Positions 12,288-24,200 of a DNA stretch of 64,000 nucleotides are shown one piece after another. Position 1 is the stretch's first letter. Every line of letters begins with the position of its first letter. Position numbers and translations under genes: made by a program. The DNA comes from Macrostomum lignano (lineage: Eukaryota): contig NIVC01002208.1 in assembly GCA_002269645.1 (NCBI GenBank), positions 1 to 64,000 on the forward strand, read 5' to 3'. The notes beneath the pieces are model-generated. The model was not told where the DNA came from. It searched no databases and worked only from the letters and a program-made list of their open reading frames with translations.

Positions 12288-15200
12288 ATGGGGTCCCTAC
12301 TGATTCCATCTGATGTTAGAGTGGAAACAGAGTTCAAACTTCTTCCACTAACAGAACCAGGAAGTGGCACTGCAGTCTCTTCGGGTAAATAATTAATTGG
12401 TTATCTATTTAATGTGTAATAGTGGTTTTGTTTACCAATAATCTATGATAATTGTTGATTGGTTTAGCCTTATCTATATCCAGGTGTGAATATTGGTTTA
12501 CCCTTATCTATATCCAGGTGTGAATATTGGTTTACCATCATCTATATCCAGGTGTGAATATTGGTTTACCCTTATCTATATCCAGGTGTGAATATTGGTT
12601 TACCATCATCTATATCCAGGTGTGAGTATTGATTTACCATTATCTATATCCTTACATCCCTTATCTATAGATGGCAAGACCGTGTGCTACTGGAGCGGCC
12701 CCCGCCTGCACTGCCTCCATGTGCCCAGCTACAGGCCAGCCGGCGCCTGGCACCTGGGCCGCTCGTCTCCGTGCACCTGGTCTATACGCGACGTGAAATT
12801 CTTCAGCCTAGACTCTATTCAGCATCTTCTAGTGGCAGCCGAGGCAATTGAAACGGCCGATTGTCACCTGGTGATGTTGCAGTGCGGTCGATCCGCTGCC
12901 TTGAAGCGGCTCAGACTGCCTTACCGGGCCTCCTGTCTGGCCGTGCTGGCCATGCCCGACTGTCTCCAGCCCGCTTCCGTTTGCGGCCCGTTGCTTGGCG
13001 CGTTCGCTGGCTGCGCCGCTATTGGCTGCCACTCTGGTCACGTGATGCTAATTGATCTTCGACTTGACGACGACGAGCTCGGCAGCGATTTGGGCTTCGG
13101 CGGCGGCGACAGCGACGAAAGCGGCTGCGGCGGCGGCGGCGGCGCATCTTCAGCGACTGGCCCGGAGTCGGCGGCAGCGTCGGCTTCGGCGAACACAATG
13201 CCGACATCCGCGGCAGCTCAGGCGATGCCGATGTCCACTCTGGCTGTAGTGGCGTCGGCGCCTGCGCCGGCTGACGCCGTGGCGCGGCTACGGGATGCCG
13301 CCTGCGACAGCGGCGGGCATCTCTACTGCCTGCTGGATGGTAAGGGGGGCTGAATAAAAAGGCTTAGGAAAACAGCTTAGATCGATAGCGGTGGAAATAA
13401 ATTGATGTAGAGGTAGTCGATCAGAGTGGGGAAGATTAGAGTGGGAAAATGAGAATAGAGAGAAGTCAGACTTAGGAAGATTAGAGTGGGAAAATTAGAG
13501 GGGAAGACAGACTTGGGAAGATTAGAGTGGAAAAGTTAGGGAAGAAAGAATTAGGAAAATTAGAGTGAAAAAATTAAATGGGAAGCCAGAGAAGATATGC
13601 TTGTACATGCTGAGCAAAAGTTAAAGTTGTGTGATGTGTCAACATGTCACCATAAAAGTCAATAAAATCTTATTTACAGACAACCTGTTGACAAGCAGTG
13701 CCTGTTTCAAATATAAGAAAACTAACGGAGAAGTTTGGCAGGCGTTCTCCGCCGATAGCGTGTCGGTGACGGCTCTGCACTATTCTAAGCTGACCGCCTC
13801 TCTGCTTGTCGGATTCAGCTTTGGCGGAGCTCAAATCTGGAGACTGGTTGACGGCTTTCACGAGTGAGTGCGGATCAGCAAATCAGCTTTTCCTGATCCC
13901 TAAATCTGCTTTTTCTGATGCCCATGTCTTCTTTTACTGATCCCCGTGTTTGCTTTTCTAATCTCCATGTCTGTTTTTTCTGATCTCCATGTCTTCTTTT
14001 TCTGATCCCCATATCTCCTGTTTCTGCTCCTTATCGATCTGCTTTTTTGACTCTTTAATGTAGTTTTTGAGTGTTAATTAAGCTTTTCGAAAGCATTAGC
14101 TAAACAAATGTCTGTTTGCTTCAGATTCACCTGCAAAATTGAGTTCTCCTCGCCGCCGGTGTCTCATTTTGTGCTATTAAAAGCCGACGACGATCCAATG
14201 AACCTGCTCTACCTGTGGATCTGCCGGGGCAGCAGGTGTGTTAGCATAATTATTGAATAAATGAATCTGATTAGAGACTACCGGGTTTTAGTGCGATTCA
14301 CAACCCACCTGTTCATCTCCCGCCTCAACATGTTTACAGAGAAGTATCTGCCCTGAGTACCATAGTACTCTATCAGCTAAAGTACAGAGATCGCAAGTCG
14401 CTCAGCAGTTCTCAATCGGAATCTTCGTCTAACGGATCGGATCCAGTGGCTTGTGTTCACTACGACACTCTGGTTAGCGCAGGGGTGTCGTTCTCCCAGT
14501 GTCTGGCTCTGAGCGGCGGCGAATCCACCAATAGCCGATTGATCCATTGCGACAATTTCTTTACTAGACAATCGATTAATAACGACGAAGATTTGAGTCG
14601 GGCCTATTTTGTTTGGACTGAATGCTCGGGATCTATTCTGCATGTTGGCGTGTTTGATCTTAACCGCTGGTATCAGTGCCAGCTGCCTAGGACTGCCAAG
14701 TACAGCCTGCGGAGCCTGCATCCCTACTTTGCTGTTCACCGGCTGGAATTGCAGCGGCATCTGCTTAGCAGCGGACTGAGATTGCTGGGAGGCCCCGCGC
14801 CATTTGTGCTGGCTGCCACTGTGGTGCCGGACTCTGTGAGTCGCTTTGCTGTCTCTGTGTCTGGTGTCTGCGTGAGTGTGTCTGCATGTGTGTGTCTGGT
14901 GTCTGCATGTGTGTGTCTGGTGTCTGCGTGAGTGTGTCTGCATGTGTGTGTCTGGTGTCTGCGTGAGTGTGTCTGCATGTGTGTGTCTGGTGTCTGCGTG
15001 AGTGTGTCTGCATGTGTGTGTCTGGTGTCTGCATGTGTGTCTGGTGTCTGCGTGAGTGTGTCTGCATGTGTGTGTCTGGTGTCTGCGTGAGTGTCTGCAT
15101 GTGTGTCTGGTGTCTGCGTGAGTGTCTGCATGTGTGTCTGGTGTCTGCGTGAGTGTGTCTGCATGTGTCTGGTGTCTGCGTGAGTGTCTGCATGTGTGTC

Positions 15201-18200
15201 TGGTGTCTGCGTGAGTGTGTCTGCATGTGTGTGTCTGGTGTCTGCGTGAGTGTGTCTGCATGTGTGTGTCTGGTGTCTGCGTGAGTGTGTCTGCATGTGT
15301 GTGTCTGGTGTCTGCATGTGTGTCTGGTGTCTGCGTGAGTGTGTCTGCATGTGTGTTGTCTGGTGTCTGCGTGAGTGTGTCTGCATGTGTGTGTCTGGTG
15401 TCTGCGTGAGTGTGTCTGCATGTGTGTGTCTGGTGTCTGCGTGAGTGTGTCTGCATGTGTGTCTGGTGTCTGCGTGAGTGTGTCTGCATGTGTGTTGTCT
15501 GGTGTCTGCGTGAGTGTGTCTGCATGTGTCTGGTGTCTGCGTGAGTGTGTCTGCATGTGTCTGGTGTCTGCGTGAGTGTGTCTGCATGTGTGTTGTCTGG
15601 TGTCTGCGTGAGTGTGTCTGCATGTGTCTGGTGTCTGCGTGAGTGTCTGCATGTGTGTCTGGTGTCTGCGTGAGTGTGTCTGCATGTGTGTGTCTGGTGT
15701 CTGCGTGAGTTTGTCTGCATGTGTCTGGTGTCTGCGTGAGTGTGTCTGCATGTGTGTTGTCTGGTGTCTGCGTGAGTGTGTCTGCATGTGTCTGGTGTCT
15801 GCGTGAGTGTGTCTGCGTGTGTGTTTTCTGGTGTCTGCGTGAGTGTGTCTGCATGTGTCTGGTGTCTGCGTGAGTTTGTCTGCATGTGTCTGGTGTCTGC
15901 GTGAGTGTGTCTGCATGTGTGTGTCTTGTGTCTATTTGTGTGTCTGGTGTCTGCTTTTGTCTCCGTGTCTTTTAAGTGCATTTATTTTTCATAAAGAAGC
16001 ATTAATAGTTAATAAAAACAGTTCTTAGTTCAGCTCACAATTGCAAAGTCCTCAATAATAATCCCTCGCCGATACCAACGCAGGTGACGCAATTCCAGCC
16101 GGGCCTCAACCCGCGGCCCGGAGCCGCTCCGGCCGAGCAGCTGTTCTACCCCGCCTCCCTCGGCTACCGGATCCGCCTGCACTGCCCGCCGCACGCCCTG
16201 CTGCTCCGATGCGACGGCGCCCAGCGAGCCCACCTGGACTTGATTGGCCGCCTGTCGCCGGACAGCCTGATGGCCAGGGCCGATGAGCTCGCTGACCGGT
16301 GCGTCCAGCTCGGCCTGCTGTCACCGCCGCCGTCCTCGGCAGCAGAGTCTGACGATGTCGTTGGTGAGAACGACTCGGATGCCAGGCGGCGCCTCCTCAC
16401 AGTCTGTCTGGAGCACATCCGCGATGATGCCCTGCCGACGCTGGGCTGCGGCCAGTACTCCGCCCTGGTGATCGACTGGCTCTGGGCCAGCGTCCGTCGA
16501 TACAAGCATCTGCTGGACTCGGCCACGGCCGGACTGTTTAGCGTCGACAACCAGCAGGACGATGTCGACGAGGACGAAGTTATTAAAGATGTCGACGCGG
16601 ACGCTGTCGCCGATGATAGTCGGGTTGTTCAACTGGTGACGCTGCTGGATCGTCTGGACGAGCTGCTTCGTCGCCTGCTGGATTGTCGGCCAGCGTCGTC
16701 GGCCGCCGTCGCTGATCTTCGCTGTCGGGCGGACGCGGTGTCCCGCCTTTGCGCATACGCCAGAAGATTGCAATGGTGCGCCAGGGCTCGCCTGCTGCCG
16801 CCCGGCCGATTGGCGCCGGTTTTCGCCGACCTGGAGGCCCAGGTGGCCGACGCCAGGCGGTCGCGAGCTCTAGTCGTCGACTGTCTGATCGAGCGGTTGT
16901 TCAGCTACGATGCCGCGCCGGCCGGTCACTGCGTCGATATTGACTCTGTCGGCGCCAAGGCGGAGTCACCGGTGTCGATGACCTATCCGCCTGCCGATGC
17001 TCGACACCTGCTGGAGTCCGTGTTCCTCAGGGCGCCCGCCGGCTGCGATCCCAGACTGCAGCACTGCCTGTTTGCCTATCTGCTAATGGACTTGCAGGTA
17101 TGGCGTTGTTAGTCTGCGCTGCACACGAACTTCTAATGGCTTTCCCGTGTGTCTGACCCTATCTGTTCTAGGGTCTTTTAGTGCATGTCCTAATGTAATT
17201 CAGTCTGTGTCCGTGCGAATGTTTCTTTGTAGTGTCTGACCCTATCTGTTCTAGGGTCTTTTAGTGCATGTCCTAATGTAATTCAGTCTGTGTCCGTGCG
17301 AATGTTTCTTTGTAGTGTCTGACCCTATCTGTTCTAGGGTCTTTTAGTGCATGTCCTAATGTAATTCAGTCTGTGTCCGTGCGAATGTTTCTTTGTAGTG
17401 TCTGACCTAGTGTCATTGTCTGACCTAGTGTCTGTTCTAGTGTCATTGTCTGACCTAGTGTCTGTTCTAGTGTCATTGTCTGACCTAGTGTCTGTTCTAG
17501 TGTCATTGTCTGACCTAGTATCTGACCTAGTGTCTGTCGTAGTGTCATTGTCTGACCTAGTGTCTGTTCTAGTGTCATTGTCTGACCTAGTGTCTGTTCT
17601 AGTGTCATTGTCTGACCTAGTGTCTGTTCTAGTGTCATTGTCTGACCTAGTGTCTGTTCTAGTGTCATTGTCTGACCTAGTATCTGACCTAGTGTCTGTC
17701 GTAGTGTCATTGTCTGACCTAGTGTCTGTTCTAGTGTCATTGTCTGACCTAGTGTCTGTTCTAGTGTCATTGTCTGACCTAGTGTCTGTTCTAGTGTCAT
17801 TGTCTGACCTAGTATCTGACCTAGTGTCTGTCGTAGTGTCATTGTCTGACCAGTGTCTGTAGTGTCTGACCTAGTGTCATTGTCTGACCTAGTGTCATTG
17901 TCTGACCAAGTGTCATTGTCTGACCTAGTGTCATTGTCTGACCAAGTGTCATTGTCTGACCTAGTGTCATTATCTGACCTAGTGTCATTGTCTGACCTAG
18001 TGTCATTGTCTGACCTAGTGTCTGTCCTAGTGTCATTGTCTGACCAGTGTCTGTAGTGTCTGTAGTGTCTGACCAAGTGTCATTGTCTGACCTAGTGTCA
18101 TTGTCTGACCTAGTGTCATTGTCTGACCTAGTGTCTCCTAGTGTCATTGTCTGACCTAGTGTCTGTCCTAGTGTCATTGTCTGACCAGTGTCTGTAGTGT

Positions 18201-21200
18201 CTGACCTAGTGTCATTGTCTGACCTAGTGTCATTGTCTGACCAAGTGTCATTGTCTGACCTAGTGTCATTGTCTGACCTAGTGTCATTGTCTGACCTAGT
18301 GTCATTGTCTGACCTAGTGTCTCCTAGTGTCATTGTCTGACCTAGTGTCTGTCCTAGTGTCATTGTCTGACCAGTGTCTGTAGTGTCTGACCTAGTGTCA
18401 TTGTCTGACCTAGTGTCATTGTCTGACCAAGTGTCATTGTCTGACCTAGTGTCATTGTCTGACCTAGTGTCATTGTCTGACCTAGTGTCATTGTCTGACC
18501 TAGTGTCTGTCCTAGTGTCATTGTCTGACCAGTGTCTGTAGTGTCTGTCCTAGTGTCTGTAGTGTCTGACCAAGTGTCATTGTCTGACCTAGTGTCATTG
18601 TCTGACCTAGTGTCATTGTCTGACCTAGTGTCTCCTAGTGTCATTGTCTGACCTAGTGTCTGTCCTAGTGTCATTGTCTGACCAGTGTCTGTAGTGTCTG
18701 ACCTAGTGTCATTGTCTGACCTAGTGTCATTGTCTGACCAAGTGTCATTGTCTGACCTAGTGTCATTGTCTGACCTAGTGTCATTGTCTGACCTAGTGTC
18801 ATTGTCTGACCTAGTGTCTCCTAGTGTCATTGTCTGACCTAGTGTCTGTCCTAGTGTCATTGTCTGACCAGTGTCTGTAGTGTCTGACCTAGTGTCATTG
18901 TCTGACCTAGTGTCATTGTCTGACCAAGTGTCATTGTCTGACCTAGTGTCATTGTCTGACCTAGTGTCATTGTCTGACCTAGTGTCTCCTAGTGTCATTG
19001 TCTGACCTAGTGTCTGTCCTAGTGTCATTGTCTGACCAGTGTCTGTAGTGTCTGACCTAGTGTCATTGTCTGACCTAGTGTCATTGTTGACCAAGTGTCA
19101 TTGTCTGACCTAGTGTCATTGTCTGACCTAGTGTCATTGTCTGACCTAGTGTCTCCTAGTGTCATTGTCTGACCTAGTGTCTGTCCTAGTGTCATTGTCT
19201 GACCAGTGTCTGTAGTGTCTGTCCTAGTGTCTGTAGTGTCTGACCTAGTGTCATTGTCTGACCTAGTGTCTGTAGTGTCTGACCTAGTGTCATTGTCTGA
19301 CCTAGTGTCTGTAGTGTCTGACCTAGTGTCATTGTCTGACCTAGTGTCTGTAGTGTCTGACCTAGTGTCATTGTCTGACCTAGTGTCTGTAGTGTCTGAC
19401 CTAGTGTCATTGTCTGACCTAGTGTCTGTCCTAGTGTCATTGTCTGACCTAGTGTCTGTAGTGTCTGACCTAGTGTCATTGTCTGACCTAGTGTCTGACC
19501 TAGTGTCTGTAGTGTCTGACCTAGTGTCATTGTCTGACCTAGTGTCATTGTCTGTTCTAGTGTCTGTTCTAGTGTCATTGTCTGTTCTAGTGTCATTGTC
19601 TGACCTAGTGTCTGACCTAGTGTCTGTCCTAGTGTCATTGTCTGACCAGTGTCTGTAGTGTCAGTCCTAGTGTCTGTAGTGTCTGTCCTAGTGTCATTGT
19701 CTGACCAGTGTCTGTAGTGTCAGTCCTAGTGTCTGTAGTGTCTGTCCTAGTGTCATTGTCTGACCAGTGTCTGTAGTGTCAGTCCTAGTGTCTGTAGTGT
19801 CTGTCCTAGTGTCATTGTCTGACCAGTGTCTGTAGTGTCAGTCCTAGTGTCTGTAGTGTCTGTCCTAGTGTCATTGTCTGACCAGTGTCTGTAGTGTCAG
19901 TCCTAGTGTCTGTAGTGTCTGTCCTAGTGTCATTGTCTGACCTAGTGTCTGTAGTGTCTGACCTAGTGTCATTGTCTGACCTAATGTCATTGTCTGACCT
20001 AGTGTCTGTAGTGTCTGTCCTAGTGTCATTGTCTGACCTAGTGTCTGTAGTGTCAGTCCTAGTGTCTGTAGTGTCCGTCGTGTCAGTCCTAGTGTCTGTA
20101 GTGTCTGTCCTAGTGTCATTGTCTGACCTAGTGTCTGTAGTGTCTGTCCTAGTGTCATTGTCTGACCTAGTGTCTGTAGTGTCTGACCTAGTGTCATTGT
20201 CTGACCTAGTGTCTGTAGTGTCTGACCTAGTGTCATTGTCTGACCTAGTGTCTGTAGTGTCTGACCTAGTGTCATTGTCTGACCTAGTGTCTGTAGTGTC
20301 TGACCTAGTGTCATTGTCTGACCTAGTGTCTGTAGTGTCTGACCTAGTGTCATTGTCTGACCTAGTGTCTGTAGTGTCTGTCCTAGTGCCTACTAGTGTC
20401 TTCAATGAACTCCGCAACAACCAATCAAGGCCCTGCTAGAGGACGCTGACGACGCCGAGGAACTGACTGAGCAGTGGGACGGCTACCTGTCAGTCAGCGG
20501 CCAGCCAGCTTCCCTAGCCCGGTGGGCGAATCTTCTCTGGAGCCTCGATCACTCGCTGTGGCCTGAGGCCCTATCGCTGCTGGACGATCCCGACCTGTCC
20601 CGGCCGCTGTTCCCCGGTCTAGCCGACGGCGTAGTCTCGGCCGTGGCCGAGTTGGCTCCCAACGTGGCCGCCCGTTGTCTGATCCGATTCAGGCCGCACG
20701 CCCAGGTGTCGCCGGCTCTGGCCGTGCGAGTTTTGCTGGCCTCCGGCCGGCCAGACCTCGCCTTAGATTTGATTATCCGACCGATTGGCGACTCGGCTGA
20801 ACGGGCCGACCTTCTAGCCCGACTATTGAACGAATGCGCGGCTAGCGATAGATGGCGCGGCAAACTATTCGCTGGCATTCATTGGCGTCAGGAGGAGCTG
20901 CCCGGGCTGGCTGATTTTGCCGCCAAGTCGGGCTGCCAACAGGTTTGTACTTGAGCCACAAGATTATCGGTAGCGGCACATTGAGCCACAAGATTAGCGG
21001 CACATTGAGCCACAAGTTTAGCGACACATTGAGCGACAAGTTTAGCGACACATTGAGCAACAAGTTTAGCGGCACATTGAGCCACAAGTTTAGCGGCACA
21101 TTGAGCAACAAGTTAAGCGGCACATTGAGCAACAAGTTTAGCGGCACATTGAGCAACAAGTTTAGCGGCACATTGAGCCACAAGTTTAGCGGCACATTGA

Positions 21201-24200
21201 GCAACAAGTTAAGCGGCACATTGAGCAACAAGATTAGCGGCACATTGAGCCACAAGTTTAGCGGCACATTGAGCCACAAGTTTAGCGACACATTGAGCGA
21301 CAAGTTTAGCGACACATTGAGCAACAAGTTTAGCGGCACATTGAGCAACAAGTTTAGCGGCACATTGAGCCACAAGTTTAGCGGCACATTGAGCAACAAG
21401 TTAAGCGGCACATTGAGCAACAAGATTAGCGAGACATTAGGCGACTAGATAAGCGACAAGTTTAGCGACACATTGAGCGACAAGTTTAGCGACACATTGA
21501 GCGACAAGTTTAGCGACACATTGAGCGACAAGTTTAGCGACACATTGAGCGATAAATCCATTCACAAACATTCGCGCCCACAGATCAAGGAGCAGCTGGT
21601 TGCACACCTGTTGCTAACCGGTCGCTACGCGGAAGCCGCCCAGCTCAGCGACCGCCTGCCGGTGTGCGACGCAGCTTCGGCGGCACGCAAACGTTTAGTA
21701 GACATTGTGCTGGACTCGCTGCCGAGGGTGCAGCGGGACTTGCTCAGGTTGGAGATTGCTCAGCAGGCTGCCGGGACTTCATACATTGCGGCACTGCCAA
21801 CCAGGAGGACAGGTAAGAATTTTAGCTAATACGAACGCGAATTGCGTAGAATTTCACAAGTTTGGGGTCCTAGCTAAGCGGCTAAGACTACTGTAGTATT
21901 GTAGAACTTATGTAACACTAAGAGAATCGCTGGAGTCATTGCAAAACTAGCGACTCTGGGGGCGACTCTTGTGACTTTTTAACGACTCAATGCGACAGAG
22001 TCACGAGCGCATCGCGTGAGTTGTAGAATCGTAAAAAAGTCGTCCAAAAGTAGTTGTTGGCGTTGAAATTTCTACTAACTCAAGTAGACTAAATAGAGTT
22101 GTTACAAATGCGAGATGCGATTCTGATTCGTAAAGTGACTTTTTGGGCACTGGACCGCGACATCTCGACTTTTTAGAGTCGTCTAGAGTCCACCTCTATT
22201 ATTTTACCTGTGTTAGCTGCAACGACTCTGGGGTGAATTTCCGTTTTCATCGGGCTAATATATAATATTTGATTGTGCCTGCCCCAATGTGCAGATGTGC
22301 AACTGACAGCTCAGCCGCAGCTATTTGCGCGGCGCATCTGAAGGCTGCGTGCGGCTGTTTGTATAAGGACTGGGGGGTCGCCACACACAGCCTCAATTAC
22401 CCCAGCTAATGCTGGCGCCCATTTTACAGCTGGGTGAACTGAAGAAATGCACAGAGCTAAGTGTCTTGCTCAAGGACACAAACTGTTCTAATGGGATCGG
22501 GAATCGAACCCCTGACCTTCAAGTCGTGAGTCCGACGCTCCAACCACTACCCTGTCTTACCTAATCGGGCAAAGAATTTTACAATGGCTTTAAAAATATA
22601 AAAATTAGCAAGTTAAGTATATGTATATATATATATATATATATATTAATAAAAGTATTCAAATCTTGAAATTTAGTCGATCCGAAGCCGCTAGCCGCCC
22701 AACCAAGCGGTTTTGCTAGCCTGGCTGGCGTTAATCCGTTCGGCACTTCAGTCACTACCGAGAAGCTGTTCGCCAATGTTGTTGCCACCCGCGAACAGGA
22801 GCGTCAGGCCTGGCTAAAGGCAGTGCAATCTGATAGGTAATTTTAATCGATTTTTGTTACCTTTTTCGTATAAATTTATGCAATAATATCCGTCACTATT
22901 CGCGCCATCCTACTTGCAGTAGATGATGCGCGTATTATGTCTATTGTGACATAAAAGATTGACGTTTTTTGAGTGCCGTGCTGACGTGTTGATTGAATTA
23001 TTTATCACAAACCGTAGCGTTTTAAAGTTTTTTAATTTTGAGTTATTGCCTGTTTGCTTTTAGACCGGCATTTTTCAGAGGCTTGCTGTCCAATGTGTTC
23101 ATGACACCTACTGCTGCTGCGGCCCATGCCTCCACTAACAATGCCCGGCCGCCGCTATGCTCGCTTTCCACTATTAAGAAACGAGTTTGGTAAATATGCA
23201 TTGTGAATTTGCACTTAAGTTACCTGCGTTTGCTTGCATGATTTTTTTTGTATAGAAATGTGCTGTGACCTCAAGACTTTGGTTGGGCCCCAAATTTGGA
23301 ATTTATAGGGCTAGTTACGAATCGTATAAGGCTGTATTTAGGGCTAGCCGCAGGTGTTTCCCTAATTATCAATATCTCATATCCTCATCGGGTGTTTCCC
23401 TAATTATCAATATCTCATATCCTCAGGTGTTTCCCTAATTATCAGTATCTCATATCTTCATCGGGTGTTTCCCTAATTATCAATATCTCATATCCTCATC
23501 GGGTGTTTCCCTAATTATCAATATCTCATATCCTTATCGGGTGTTTCCCTAATTATCAATATCTCATATCCTCAGGTGTTTCCCTAATTATCAATATCTC
23601 ATATCCTCAGGTGTTTCCCTAATTATCAATATCTCATATCCTCGGGTGTTTCCCTAATTATCAATATCTCATATCCTCAGGTGTTTCCCTAATTATCAAT
23701 ATCTCATATCCTCAGGTGTTTCCCTAATTATCAATATCTCATATCCTCAGGTGTTTCCCTAATTATCAATATCTCATATCCTCATCGGGTGTTTCCCTAA
23801 TTATCAATATCTCATATCCTCATCGGGTGTTTCCCTAATTATCAATATCTCATATCCGCAGGTGTTTCCCTAATTATCAATGTCTCATATCCTCAGGTGT
23901 TTCCCTAATTATCAATATCTCATATCCGCAGGTGTTTCCCTAATTATCAATATCTCATATCCTCAGGTGTTTCCCTAATTATCAATATCTCATATCCTCA
24001 GGTGTTTCCCTAATTATCAATATCTCATATCCTCAGGTGTTTCCCTAATTATCAATATCTCATATCCTCAGGTGTTTCCCTAATTATCAATATCTCATAT
24101 CCTTATCGGGTGTTTCCCTAATTATCAATATCTCATATCCGCAGGTGTTTCCCTAATTATCAATATCTCATATCCTCAGGTGTTTCCCTAATTATCAATG

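Noticed and set aside
14377-21829. Long His/Thr-, Val/Ser- and Leu/Asn-rich ORFs on both strands
   Set aside because: They coincide with intronic minisatellites of ELYS; only the parts overlapping modelled exons are coding.
21930-22240. GACTC/GAGTC-rich segment in ELYS intron 8 as a MITE
   Set aside because: Repeated motifs are visible but I could not define TIRs or a TSD.
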